Shown here piece by piece: positions 1 to 9,851 of a DNA stretch of 64,000 nucleotides. The notes under the pieces are model-generated. The model searched no databases and was not told the DNA's origin. It saw only the letters and a list, made by a program, of their open reading frames with translations. Each line of letters starts with the position of its first letter. Within the stretch, counting starts at the first letter, position 1. A program made the position numbers and the translations under genes. Origin of the DNA: an uncultured Gemmatimonadaceae bacterium (GTDB lineage: Bacteria > Gemmatimonadota > Gemmatimonadetes > Gemmatimonadales > Gemmatimonadaceae); assembly GCA_963781585.1 (NCBI GenBank), contig CAWAGQ010000012.1, positions 14,307-78,306 of the forward strand. The letters are read 5' to 3'.

Positions 1-1121
1 GCTCCCTCGTCTCCGATCTCGACGCCCTCGTACAGCCCCTGCGCCACGCGCATGGTGCGCTTCGATCCGAGGCCGAGCTTCTTCGCCGCTTCCTGCTGCA
101 GGGTGCTGGTGGTGAACGGAGCCGCGGGGTTCTTGCGGCGCTCGCGCCGTTTGACCTCGGTGAGCGGGAACGCGCGATCGACGTCCATGCCGGCGTCGCT
201 CGCCACCCGGCGCGCGGCGCGGTCCACCTGGTCGACGATGCTACGCGCCTGCTGTTCGTCATGAATGCCGACTTTCTGCCCGTCGACCGCGTGCAACCGC
301 GCCGTGAAGCGCTGCGCGTTCTTCTCGAGCTGCGCGGCGATGGTCCAGTACTCCTGTGGCTTGAAAGCGCGAATCTCACGCTCGCGTTCTACCATCAGCC
401 GAAGGGCGACCGTCTGCACGCGACCGGCTGAAAGTCCCTTCTTCACGGTCTTCCAGAGCAGCGGGCTCGCCTTGTATCCGACCAACCGGTCGAGTACGCG
501 TCGCGCCTGCTGCGCCTCCACCAGGCGCATATCGATCTCGCGGGGATGCGACATGGCCTCACGGACGGCATCGCGTGTGATCTCATGGAAGAGCACGCGC
601 CTGACGCGAGCGCCGTTCTTCTTGGGCAGCTGCTCGGAAACATGCCAGCCGATGGCCTCGCCTTCACGATCGGGGTCGGTCGCGATGAAGATCTGGCCCA
701 CGCCCTTCGACGCCTCGCGGATCTCGTCGAGCGTCTTCTCCTTCCCGACGATGGTCACGTATTCGGGCGCGAATCCCTTCTCGATGTCGATGCCGAGTCG
801 CTTTTCGGGCAGGTCTCTCAGATGACCGACAGTCGCCTTCACACGGTACCCGCGTCCGAGGTACTTCCCGATCGTCCTGGCCTTGGCCGGCGACTCGACG
901 ATCACGAGCGCGGAGGCGCCGTTGCCGCCATTCGAGCTGGCGGAGATCTCCTCTGGAACGGAGCGGCTGCGGCCCTTCTTTGGACCAGCCGCCTTGCCGC
1001 GCGCGGTTTTCCTGGTGGTTTTCCCACGGGACGACGCAGCCCGCCTGGATTCCCCCCGCCCCGCGATCTTCCGCGTAACGGGGGTCTCCTTTTCGTCTCT
1101 GGGTTTCCTTGTAGATGCCAT
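1..1121 (-). CDS. topA: DNA topoisomerase I (5' part; runs off the window start)
   Basis: Manual translation of the minus strand from ATG 1121: LVIVESPAKARTIGKYLG (TOPRIM), ATDPDREGEAI, SAGRVQTVAL, PFTTSTLQQEAAKKLG. Confidence 0.97.
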   Translation of the reverse strand, partial: MASTRKPRDEKETPVTRKIAGRGESRRAASSRGKTTRKTARGKAAGPKKGRSRSVPEEISASSNGGNGASALVIVESPAKARTIGKYLGRGYRVKATVGHLRDLPEKRLGIDIEKGFAPEYVTIVGKEKTLDEIREASKGVGQIFIATDPDREGEAIGWHVSEQLPKKNGARVRRVLFHEITRDAVREAMSHPREIDMRLVEAQQARRVLDRLVGYKASPLLWKTVKKGLSAGRVQTVALRLMVEREREIRAFKPQEYWTIAAQLEKNAQRFTARLHAVDGQKVGIHDEQQARSIVDQVDRAARRVASDAGMDVDRAFPLTEVKRRERRKNPAAPFTTSTLQQEAAKKLGLGSKRTMRVAQGLYEGVEIGDEG

Positions 1122-1124
1122 TGG

Positions 1125-1553
1125 TTAATGAACGTTTACTTGTTCGAGTCCCGTGCCCGAATCGTCGAGCCCGCCGCCATCGAGGATTGCGCGAATATCC
1201 TCGAGCGCGATGCGGCCGTCGAAGTGCATGAGCGCCCGGTCTATCACGTGTTCGAGCTGTGGCGCGGTGAGCGCCCCGGAGCTCGACAACGACAACAGAT
1301 GTCCCCAGGCTTCTGGAGCGAACCGCCCCCACTCGTGCGGACCCAGTACTCGGAAAGTCATGATATGGTCAAGGCTCGACCGCTTCTGATCGGTCGACTC
1401 CCTACGATCTGCAAAAAAGCGGGATACTACCTCACCTATTTGTCCCCGGTCGTACCCTTTCGACGACAGATAAGACTCGATCTCGGCAACATCCGTATCA
1501 GTCGAAAAGCGCCGTCGGAGCCGGTTGAGGATCGCGGCCAAGCGGTCTTCCAT
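1125..1553 (-). CDS. smg: Smg/DUF494 family protein
   Basis: 142 aa ORF, FRVLGPHEWGRFAPEAWGHLLSL...LEHVIDRAL pattern; typical position directly upstream of topA. Confidence 0.75.
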   Translation of the reverse strand: MEDRLAAILNRLRRRFSTDTDVAEIESYLSSKGYDRGQIGEVVSRFFADRRESTDQKRSSLDHIMTFRVLGPHEWGRFAPEAWGHLLSLSSSGALTAPQLEHVIDRALMHFDGRIALEDIRAILDGGGLDDSGTGLEQVNVH

Positions 1554-1556
1554 GGC

Positions 1557-2162
1557 CTAGTCAACCAGCCATCCCCAGCGCCCCGCAAGCGCCAGGATTG
1601 TCTGTGTAACTCCTTCTACTGCAAGGAGTTCCGTGTTCACCTCGGCATCGGCTGCCGAATAGTGAGGAGCTCGCTCGCGCTGCAGGCCGGCCATGACTCC
1701 CACCGGGTCGTCCCCTGCAAGAAGGGGCCTGGAGGTCCTGCGAGTTCCCAACCGCGAGATTGCGGTCCCGATTTCCACGCGCAGGTGGATGATACGCGCG
1801 GGAGGGCGCAGAAGTGCCAGATTGGCCGCTTCCTGCACCCAGCCGCCCCCGGGTGCGAGTATCTGAGGAATGGCTCCTTGCAGCTCTTCGGTCAACTCCC
1901 TCTCGAGTTTCCGGAAGTACGCCTCACCGCGTTCACTGAAGATCCGGGCCACCGACTTTCCCTGTCGGCGCTCGATCTCCTCATCGAAGTCGAGGAACGG
2001 TGCGCGCAGACTTACGGCGAGATGACGTCCGACGCTTGTTTTGCCAGCGCCCGGTAGACCGACGAGAATCAGATGGGCTCCGGCGCGCGGTGAAACCACG
2101 CCTGCGGAGACCGTGTGCGCAACCCCGCGTCGTTCGGCGCTGTTCCCTTTGTGGCCGGTCAC
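1557..2162 (-). CDS. aroK: shikimate kinase
   Basis: GLPGAGKTSVG P-loop, FLDFDEEIE, GEAYFRKLE, GGG and RPLL motifs; the true start may be internal. Confidence 0.95.
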   Translation of the reverse strand: MTGHKGNSAERRGVAHTVSAGVVSPRAGAHLILVGLPGAGKTSVGRHLAVSLRAPFLDFDEEIERRQGKSVARIFSERGEAYFRKLERELTEELQGAIPQILAPGGGWVQEAANLALLRPPARIIHLRVEIGTAISRLGTRRTSRPLLAGDDPVGVMAGLQRERAPHYSAADAEVNTELLAVEGVTQTILALAGRWGWLVD

Positions 2163-3349
2163 GATCCGATGCGTTCAGAGATTCGTGACAGATAGCCGGA
2201 GTAGTTTCGTCGCGTCTCGTTGAGCGAGTCGCCGCCGAATTTCTCGAGCCAGGCCTGCGCCAGGACGAACGCGACCATTGCTTCCGCGATGACACCCATG
2301 GCTGGAACGGCGGTCACGTCGCTTCGTTCAGCCGTGGCGGCCGCGGCTTCACCGGTGGCGACATCGACGGTGCCGAGCGGGCGCATGAGAGTGCTGATCG
2401 GCTTCATCGCGACGCGCACGACCAGGGGTTCACCGGTCGTCATGCCTCCTTCGGTGCCACCGGCCCGATTCGTGCGCCGGCGAACGTTGCCGGTGCGAGT
2501 GCTTCCGGGTGCGCCCTCGATCTCGTCGTGTACTTCCGCGCCGGTGCGTCGCGCCGTGTTCATGCCCAGGCCGATTTCCATCCCTTTGACGGCGGGGATG
2601 GAGAGCAGCGCCGCGCCAAGTCGGCCATCCAGCTTGCGGTCCCACGACACGTGGGCGCCGAGGCCAACGGGGAGTCCGTCGGCGACCACCTCGCAGATTC
2701 CGCCGAGGGTGTTGCCGGTGGCTTTCACCTCGTCGATGCGGGCGATCACCCGGCGTGCCGCCTCCGGGTCGAGCATCCGGACGGGAGAGGCGTCGGCCCC
2801 TTCATTAATATTGTCCGGCATCGGGTCGGGCGGCGTCGCGTCGATGCCGCCGAGATGGGTGACGTGACTCCCGATACGCACACCGAACTCGGCGAGCAGG
2901 CGTTTGCAGATCGCGCCGGCGGCGACTCTGGCGGTGGTCTCACGCGCCGACGCGCGTTCCAGAATGTCCCGTGCGTCTTCGCGGTCGTACTTGAGCAGGC
3001 CGGTGAGGTCGGCGTGGCCGGGACGAGGTCGGGTGACGGCGCGGCGGCGGGGTGACGGATCGCCCTCACGAACCCCGGGGTCCATGATCTCCTGCCAGTT
3101 GGCCCAGTCGCGGTTGCGGATGAGCATCGCGATCGGCGAGCCTAACGTCTCGCCGGCGCGAACGCCGGCGAGGAATTCGATCTCGTCGTGCTCGATCTGC
3201 ATGCGACGGCCCCGCCCGTAGCCCTGCTGGCGCCGGGCGAGTTCGCGATTCACGTCGTCGCCGGCGAGGGGCAATCCGGCGACCATCCCCTCGAGGACGC
3301 TCACCAGCGCCGGACCGTGTGATTCTCCCGCCGTCACGAAGCGCAGCAT
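2159..3349 (-). CDS. aroC: chorismate synthase
   Basis: MLRFVTAGESHG start, RPRPGHADL, ERASARET, MKPISTL, RSDVTAVPA. Confidence 0.98.
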   Translation of the reverse strand: MLRFVTAGESHGPALVSVLEGMVAGLPLAGDDVNRELARRQQGYGRGRRMQIEHDEIEFLAGVRAGETLGSPIAMLIRNRDWANWQEIMDPGVREGDPSPRRRAVTRPRPGHADLTGLLKYDREDARDILERASARETTARVAAGAICKRLLAEFGVRIGSHVTHLGGIDATPPDPMPDNINEGADASPVRMLDPEAARRVIARIDEVKATGNTLGGICEVVADGLPVGLGAHVSWDRKLDGRLGAALLSIPAVKGMEIGLGMNTARRTGAEVHDEIEGAPGSTRTGNVRRRTNRAGGTEGGMTTGEPLVVRVAMKPISTLMRPLGTVDVATGEAAAATAERSDVTAVPAMGVIAEAMVAFVLAQAWLEKFGGDSLNETRRNYSGYLSRISERIGS

Positions 3350-3356
3350 AGTCTCC

Positions 3357-3394
3357 GCAAAAACGCGAGCCCGACCAGGGAAGTCGGGCTCGCG
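3357..3394 (-). terminator. intrinsic terminator after the pilQ-lipoprotein unit
   Basis: 12-bp stem cgcgagcccgac/gtcgggctcgcg followed by TTTTT on the minus strand. Confidence 0.75.
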
Positions 3395-3425
3395 AAGGAC
3401 GTCTCGTGAAACCAGCGCGCTCGGC

Positions 3426-5879
3426 TCAGGGGCTCCGCGCGTTGTCGATATCTCCCTTGCGCACATCTATGACCACGATTCCTTCCGAGGTCAAGCCGAA
3501 GAGCTTCACGGCCAGGGTGGGATCAGCCGACCGTTCGGCGGGCGTGGGCAGCACGGCGCGCAACGGACCATACAGGTTTTCGCGGATCGGAATCCGGCCG
3601 CGCAGCCGATAGCTGTAGCTGTCGACGATCTGGATCGACTTGTCGCCGGAGGCCACGAACGCCACGCGGGTGAGTGAGTCGGCCGGATTCTCATCGACGT
3701 TCAGCGGGTGGAAGGCAATCCCGGCGCCGGTGTTGAATGTCGCGAACTTGCCCTGGAGCCGGAGCGACGAGTCGGCGAAGAACGTCTCCACGCCGTGCAC
3801 GCCGATGTTTGCGCTGTTGCCATTGATGGCGAGGCCAAAGACCTTGTCGGAGGCGTTGTTGGTCAGGTCGGCGACCTCGATCGGTGCGGAGTAGGCCTCG
3901 CTCCCGGCCGGCGTACCGGAGGGGTCGAAGACCAGGAGCACCCGGCCGGCGGTGCCGGCGGTATGCCCCTCACCGAAGGCGACACGGCGCCGGTCACCAC
4001 CCACCGCCACGAAGTTCGTGTCGGGGAGGGCGAGCGATTCCACCTCAAGATCCTTGATGGCCTCGAGGTTGCCGTTCACGGGCGCCGACCGCAGGGCCGC
4101 GACGGCCCCCTCGACGGTGCCGGATGAGACGCAGGTGGCGGTTGTGGGCGAGTCGCCCGGCGTGTGCTCGCAGATGACGATGAGATCCGGCACGCCACTC
4201 TGTCCGGGAATGACGTCCACGAAATCCGAGTTCGTGATCACGTAGTGTCCCGCCCGGAAGGCGCCGTACTGCCAGATCTGGCGCGGTTCGGTGCGTGCGT
4301 CGAGGAAGTTGTCGATGCGCCGCAGCGTGCCCGGGGTGGCGGTGGTCGTCGGGCGCGTGGAGTAGTACAGCGCGCCGCTTGCCGACTGCCCGATGAACTG
4401 CGGACGGTCGGAGTAGTCGATTGGTGCCGACACCTTGTACTTGTAGCCGCCTGACGTCTCGTCCTTCGTGTAGGTGACGTCGAACAGGTACTCATTGGAT
4501 GTCTTCACCCGTCCGGTTTCGAGCCGGCTGAGGAGACTGACCTTCGAGATGTTGGTTCCGCCGGAATTCGCCACCAGCAGGAGCGAACCCGAGTTGTCGA
4601 TGATCATGCCCCAGGGCATGGCGCCCACCGCCACCGCCGGCAGCGACGAGAGCGTGGTGCCGTAGTTCCAGGCTTCGAGCTCGTTTCTATTGATGTTGGA
4701 GACGTACACGGTTGCCCGCGTGGTATCCACGATCAGATCCGCACCCAGGCTGCCCGCCGGCAGGCCGTAGGTGAGCCCGTAGGCATAGACCGCAGGGTCG
4801 CGCTTGGCGATCGCGTCGGAAGTGACGGGCACGTTGGAACCGTTGGCGACCGCGTAGCCGGTGTGTCCGGCACCGTCGGTGGCGTAGGCGGTGATGGTGA
4901 AGGTGGTGCCGCGCAACGAAACCGGCGCGCTGAAGGCCTTGCGGCGCGTAACCTGTTGTGCGGGGGCGGCGAGGGTGTCGGCGCTCCGGTAGACGATGTT
5001 GCCGTTGGCATCCTTCGCGATGAAGCCGACGATACCAATGATGCCGTCAGCGTCGCGCGCGGCGATGTCGATGGAATCCGGCGTCTCCAACCGCGGAGGC
5101 ACAGTCTGGAAGACCAGCGGCGCAACCAGGTCCGGTCCCGCGGCCTGCACGCGGACCGTCAGCACCTGGCCGGCGGTGCGCAAGCCGTCGCGGTTTTCGG
5201 CGAACGGCGTGATCGTGAAGGTAGTCCCGACCGCCACGCCACCCGGCAGGGCGACCGTGAAGGAGACCGTATCGGTCTTGGGGAGTGGGACGCCGAACGA
5301 CGTGCTGTCGGCCCGGTTGATGCCGGGGCCGACGGCCTTGTAGCCGGCCTTGGCCACGCCGGTCGAGTCGGCGAGGGAGAGATCGAAGGAATACGTCCCG
5401 CCCACGATCACCGTCGCCGCCGGCTGCACGAAGTGGAGTTGCGGCACGTTGGGATCGAAGGCCACCGCCGTCGCCTGGCCGGACGCGGCGTTGCCCGCGC
5501 CGTCGCTCACGCTGGTGAGCACGGTGATTTCCTGGCCGGACTGTACGCCGGACAGGTTGATGTTCAGGATCTTGTCGTAGCTCTTGCCGCCGATGACCGC
5601 GGTGTCGCGCTGGATGAGCGTGGTGTCCGCGTACACGCGGGTGATGATACCGTAGAGCGCGGCGTTATCGGTCGCCAAGATGTGCACCTGCATGGGAAGG
5701 CGCACCGACACGGAGTCGACGCCTTCACTGCCGGTCTTGCTCTCGATGTTGATGGACACCGAGGGAATGACGCGGTCCTGGCCGGACGACGCGATGTCCG
5801 TCGAGCCGCAACTCGCGAGTATTGCGGTCGCGAGCGCGCCAGTGGCCACAGAGGCCGCGCGATGCATGAGAAGCCTCAT
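3426..5879 (-). CDS. large lipoprotein: Ig-like repeats plus C-terminal YncE-like beta-propeller
   Basis: 817 aa; lipobox ILASC; repeated ATD/SDGAG beta-strand units; VYVSN, AVGAMPWG and LLVANSGG propeller motifs. Confidence 0.75.
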   Translation of the reverse strand: MRLLMHRAASVATGALATAILASCGSTDIASSGQDRVIPSVSINIESKTGSEGVDSVSVRLPMQVHILATDNAALYGIITRVYADTTLIQRDTAVIGGKSYDKILNINLSGVQSGQEITVLTSVSDGAGNAASGQATAVAFDPNVPQLHFVQPAATVIVGGTYSFDLSLADSTGVAKAGYKAVGPGINRADSTSFGVPLPKTDTVSFTVALPGGVAVGTTFTITPFAENRDGLRTAGQVLTVRVQAAGPDLVAPLVFQTVPPRLETPDSIDIAARDADGIIGIVGFIAKDANGNIVYRSADTLAAPAQQVTRRKAFSAPVSLRGTTFTITAYATDGAGHTGYAVANGSNVPVTSDAIAKRDPAVYAYGLTYGLPAGSLGADLIVDTTRATVYVSNINRNELEAWNYGTTLSSLPAVAVGAMPWGMIIDNSGSLLLVANSGGTNISKVSLLSRLETGRVKTSNEYLFDVTYTKDETSGGYKYKVSAPIDYSDRPQFIGQSASGALYYSTRPTTTATPGTLRRIDNFLDARTEPRQIWQYGAFRAGHYVITNSDFVDVIPGQSGVPDLIVICEHTPGDSPTTATCVSSGTVEGAVAALRSAPVNGNLEAIKDLEVESLALPDTNFVAVGGDRRRVAFGEGHTAGTAGRVLLVFDPSGTPAGSEAYSAPIEVADLTNNASDKVFGLAINGNSANIGVHGVETFFADSSLRLQGKFATFNTGAGIAFHPLNVDENPADSLTRVAFVASGDKSIQIVDSYSYRLRGRIPIRENLYGPLRAVLPTPAERSADPTLAVKLFGLTSEGIVVIDVRKGDIDNARSP

Positions 5880-5897
5880 CGTCAGGACTCCGTAGCG

Positions 5898-7901
5898 TTA
5901 TTTCGAACCGTTGCCCGGCGGGCGAATCGCCGCGCCTTCGTCGATGATGTGTGGCGTGATCAGAATCAGCAGGTCCTGCTTGATCTCCTGGCTGTCGGTC
6001 TGCGAGAAGAGCCGGCCGAGGAGCGGGAGATCGGACAGAATCGGGATGCCGGACCTGTTCTTGGTGACCTGGGTTTGCGTGAGGCCGCCGATGACCGCCG
6101 TCTCGCCGTCGTTGACGAGGAGCTGGGTGGTGGCGTTCCGCTTGTCGATGTTGAAGCCCAGGTCGCCGCCGATGATGTTGAGCGAGGACTGTTCGGCCTC
6201 GATCGTCATCCGGATCTGGCGGTTGTTGGTGATATGCGGGGTGACCGTGAGGATGATACCGGTCTCCTTGAACTGGACGTTGGCGCGGACCGGCGCGCCG
6301 ACCTGGGCCGCGGCACCGGCGTCGATGACGCGGACCGGGGTTTCCTGGCCGACGAGGATCCGGGCCTGGCGGTTGTCGAGCGTGGTCACGCTCGGTTCGG
6401 CCTGGATGTCGGACAACTGCTCCGAGCGCAGGGCGTCGATGAACGACGTGAGGCTGTATTTGCCGAGGGCGGTGGAGAACAGGATGTTGAGGGCACTCCC
6501 GTTCTTGTACTTGCGCTGGGCATTGGCGACGCCGGCCAGCGCGTCGCCGCCTAACGAAACGCGGCCTTCGCGGTCATCCACGGTCGTCTCGGCACCCGGC
6601 TTGTTGCGGGGCAGCAGCGTATTGAAGTAGGACGAGGCGCTGCCGAGGTCGTAGCTGACCCCGAGCTGTTCGATCGACGTACGGTTCACCGAGATGAGCT
6701 TGGCCTTGAGCACGACCTGCGGGGTTCGCACGTCGAGCTGCTTGACGTACGTCATCAGGGCCGGGAGGCGCGAGGTGACTTCGGTGATGATCAGCGAGTT
6801 CGTGCCGCTGTCGGCGGCGACGTTGCCGCGAACGAGGCACCACGCCTGTCCCGGCTGCTGGTTGCCGGTGGCGGGCGGGGGTGACTGCGGACAGTCCTTC
6901 GACAGCAGTCCTACGATCGTGGGGACGAGCGACGAGGCCGACACGTAGTTGATGTTCACCATCTGGGTGGTGAGCGGTTCGCTGGCCTGCCGTTCGAGGA
7001 TGTTCTGGTAGCTATCGACCGTGATGATGCCGGTGGAGTCTTCGGTGGCGGCGAGGCCCTGGGACTCGAGAATCGCCTTCAGCGCGACGTCCCACGGCTG
7101 ATCCTTGATCTCGGCGGTGATGGTTCCGGTGACGCTCTTGCCGACCACGATGGTCCGGCCGGTCTGGGCGGCGAAGCCCGCGATGACGTCGCGGATATCG
7201 GCGTCCTGCCAGGACACCGTCACGCGCTGCTGCTGCGACTGTTGCGAGAAGAGGGGGACCGGATCACGCAGCGCCTGCTGGGTGACCGGAGTGGTGGGCG
7301 CCGCGCGATCGCTGGTGATGGCGGGGACCGCGAGGGTCGGCGGTGCGACCGCGGAATCGATCACTTCCCCGCCGGCGTCGGACACGGTACTCAGCGCGAC
7401 GGCCGGTCGCTCGACGACGGGGGCAGCGGCGACCGCCGCGCCCTGGTTTTGCGAATGCCAGGCCGCGAATTTCTCCGGGGTGGCCAGGGAGATGCGCACC
7501 TCGGCATCACTGTGCGAGACGACGTAGGTGTGCGGGACGTCGAGATCGAGCACGATGCGAACGATGTCGGGCCGATACTGCGAGATCCTTATATTCAGGA
7601 TGCCGCCCCGCGCCTTGCGGTCGTAGCTCCGGTCGAGCGCCGTGAGACGCGCGCCCGAGAGATCGACCACGATGCGATGCGGGGCTTCGACGGTGAAGTC
7701 CTGGACCGACACCGGCCCGGACAGGGCGATGATGACGTCCGCGCGACCGTCGGCCGGCACGACGCTGAGCGCCGTGACGGCGCTTGCCGCGGCCCGCGCG
7801 GTGCGGGCGGACGGCACGGTGAGGTGCGCGGCACGCGCGCGCCCGGCGCTGATGCCCAGCGCGAGCGCCGACAGCGTGGCCAGCGTACAGACTCGCCTCA
7901 T
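5898..7901 (-). CDS. pilQ: type IV pilus secretin with AMIN domain
   Basis: N-terminal AMIN (PHRIVVDL...VRIVLDL), WDVALKAIL, secretin core TLDNRQARILVG...GIPILSDLPLLGRLF. Confidence 0.96.
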   Translation of the reverse strand: MRRVCTLATLSALALGISAGRARAAHLTVPSARTARAAASAVTALSVVPADGRADVIIALSGPVSVQDFTVEAPHRIVVDLSGARLTALDRSYDRKARGGILNIRISQYRPDIVRIVLDLDVPHTYVVSHSDAEVRISLATPEKFAAWHSQNQGAAVAAAPVVERPAVALSTVSDAGGEVIDSAVAPPTLAVPAITSDRAAPTTPVTQQALRDPVPLFSQQSQQQRVTVSWQDADIRDVIAGFAAQTGRTIVVGKSVTGTITAEIKDQPWDVALKAILESQGLAATEDSTGIITVDSYQNILERQASEPLTTQMVNINYVSASSLVPTIVGLLSKDCPQSPPPATGNQQPGQAWCLVRGNVAADSGTNSLIITEVTSRLPALMTYVKQLDVRTPQVVLKAKLISVNRTSIEQLGVSYDLGSASSYFNTLLPRNKPGAETTVDDREGRVSLGGDALAGVANAQRKYKNGSALNILFSTALGKYSLTSFIDALRSEQLSDIQAEPSVTTLDNRQARILVGQETPVRVIDAGAAAQVGAPVRANVQFKETGIILTVTPHITNNRQIRMTIEAEQSSLNIIGGDLGFNIDKRNATTQLLVNDGETAVIGGLTQTQVTKNRSGIPILSDLPLLGRLFSQTDSQEIKQDLLILITPHIIDEGAAIRPPGNGSK

Positions 7902-8509
7902 TTCGTCCTCTCTTTGTTGGAATCACCCAGCGCCAGCGTTTCCTGGCGGCTGAAGCCGAATTCTTCGATGGTGAACGTCACTGCCTTGGGATCGATGCGC
8001 GCGACCCGGATGCGGCCTAACGTCTGGCCGACGCGGACGCGATACTGTTCCTTGGTGCTCAGGTCCCGGAGGATGGCGACCGAGCTGCGTCCGGAGGCGT
8101 CGTAGACGATGCCCGACACCTGCAGGTCGGTGATCACCGGGCGGAGTTCGCCGGTGGCCATCAGCGAGACGAACGGATCGCGCCGCCCGTCGGGCTGGTA
8201 ACTGAAGACTTCCCGGTCGAAGGTGCCGGCCGGGCGCTCGACCGAGGGGACGGCGGTGCTGCCGGCAGCGCTCTCCGTCGCCCGGCCGGATGCGGCCGCC
8301 TGCGCCGAGTCGGCCGAGGCCGCGGGCGGCTTGCCGCCCTGCGCCGGCATCGAGTCCTGATTGGCGGTCATGGTCGCCGTGTGGGCGTTGGTGGCCTGGA
8401 CGGCTCGCTTCGCCGCTTCCTTGGATTTGGTGATGGGAGGCAGCGACTGGGCCGGCAGGGTGCCGGCCGCGAACAGCCCGAGCAGCACCGTGAAGCGCGC
8501 GCGACTCAT
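7898..8509 (-). CDS. pilP: PilP-like pilus assembly protein
   Basis: Start MSRARFTVLLGLF; RRDPFVSL and YRVRVGQTLG motifs; between pilO and pilQ. Confidence 0.7.
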   Translation of the reverse strand: MSRARFTVLLGLFAAGTLPAQSLPPITKSKEAAKRAVQATNAHTATMTANQDSMPAQGGKPPAASADSAQAAASGRATESAAGSTAVPSVERPAGTFDREVFSYQPDGRRDPFVSLMATGELRPVITDLQVSGIVYDASGRSSVAILRDLSTKEQYRVRVGQTLGRIRVARIDPKAVTFTIEEFGFSRQETLALGDSNKERTK

Positions 8510-9120
8510 GACTTCCCTCCCCGCGCCGCGGGCGCGGACCTGATCACGTAGGTCTGGATTTCGAATTTCGACTCGATCGCCGCGGTGCCGGGACGAACCA
8601 GCTTGACCGCGGTGGCGTTCGGGTTGGTGGCCGGCGCCAGCGACAGATTCACCGGCGCGACGATTCTGGTCAGCGAGCCCACATTGCTGAGGAACGCGCC
8701 TAACGCGTGGAAGCCGCCGGTGACGGACACCTTGTAGCGATAGGTATCGAACATCTCGCCCTCGATCACGGGCTGCGGCTCCACGGCCGAGATGTCGAGC
8801 CCGGCGCGGCGCGCCGAAGTCGAGACCTGCTCGAGGAGCGACGGGAGCTCGTTGCCGGTGGGCACCAGCTGGCGCATCACGTCCAGGTCGCGCGCGTACT
8901 GCTCGGCTTCCTTCTGCACGTCGCCCGCCGATCCCTTGGCCGTTTCGGTCCGGGCGCGGTCGTTGGCGTGCTCGAGCGAATCCACGCGGACGGTGAGGGT
9001 CGCCAGCTCCGTCTGCTTGGGCGAATAGACGTACATCCAGTACAGGGCAGCCAGCGCCACCGCGATGATGCAAACCAGCACCATCGCCTGGTCACGCTGA
9101 TTCTTGGGCAGGAGTGCCAT
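8506..9120 (-). CDS. pilO: type IV pilus alignment protein PilO
   Basis: TM segment, coiled coil, LVPTGNELPSLL, VTGGFHALGAFL. Confidence 0.9.
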   Translation of the reverse strand: MALLPKNQRDQAMVLVCIIAVALAALYWMYVYSPKQTELATLTVRVDSLEHANDRARTETAKGSAGDVQKEAEQYARDLDVMRQLVPTGNELPSLLEQVSTSARRAGLDISAVEPQPVIEGEMFDTYRYKVSVTGGFHALGAFLSNVGSLTRIVAPVNLSLAPATNPNATAVKLVRPGTAAIESKFEIQTYVIRSAPAARGGKS

Positions 9121-9122
9121 GG

Positions 9123-9830
9123 TTACCTCACCGACAGCGTGACGGGGGCGGTCATGAGCGCCGACTTGTCCGGACGCTCGTACTGCGCTTCGAGTTCGAA
9201 TTCGGTGACTTCCTTCCCGTCGACCATCGCCAGCTGGGACCGCGCCAGTTGCACGTTCTGGATGAACGGCGAGGTCTCGAGCAGTTTCATGAAGCGCGTG
9301 AGCGCCTGGATGTCTACGGTGTTGCCCACGATGCGGAACCGTGGGGGCTCGGCTTCGGGCGTCGGGTCCTTGGCGCCGGCGGCGGCCGCGGGGGCCGACG
9401 GGGTGGCCACCGCGGTGACCGCGGCGAGGGACTTGAGCCAGGTGTACGGCGGCAGCGCCCGGCTGACCTCGTCCATGACGTGGGGCCAGACGAACCGGTC
9501 GTCGTCGATCGCGCGAATGACCTGCAGCTGGCGCAGGACCGAATCGCGCTTGGCGGTGGCCCGCCGGTGTTCCCGCAGTACCGTCGCGAAACGTACCGAG
9601 TCGGCGACCGCCTTCTGCTCACGGACTCCCAGATCAGCCGCCTTGGCGGTCTGCGAGAAGTAGAGGAGGCCAACCGCACCGGCGGCGACCAGCACGCTGG
9701 CCGCGGCGCTGAGCATGAAGGGATCCTTGACCCGCGCTCGCGCGCCGGCCGCGACGGCCACGAGCGAAAAGCCCGTGCCGCGTCCCTTCGTCTTCCGTGC
9801 CGCACCCGGCAGCAGATTGATTTCAATCAT
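9123..9830 (-). CDS. pilN: type IV pilus alignment protein PilN
   Basis: MIEINLLP motif, TM helix, LPPYTWL, FMKLLETSPF. Confidence 0.92.
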   Translation of the reverse strand: MIEINLLPGAARKTKGRGTGFSLVAVAAGARARVKDPFMLSAAASVLVAAGAVGLLYFSQTAKAADLGVREQKAVADSVRFATVLREHRRATAKRDSVLRQLQVIRAIDDDRFVWPHVMDEVSRALPPYTWLKSLAAVTAVATPSAPAAAAGAKDPTPEAEPPRFRIVGNTVDIQALTRFMKLLETSPFIQNVQLARSQLAMVDGKEVTEFELEAQYERPDKSALMTAPVTLSVR

Positions 9831-9851
9831 CGTTATGCGCTCAGAGAGGAC

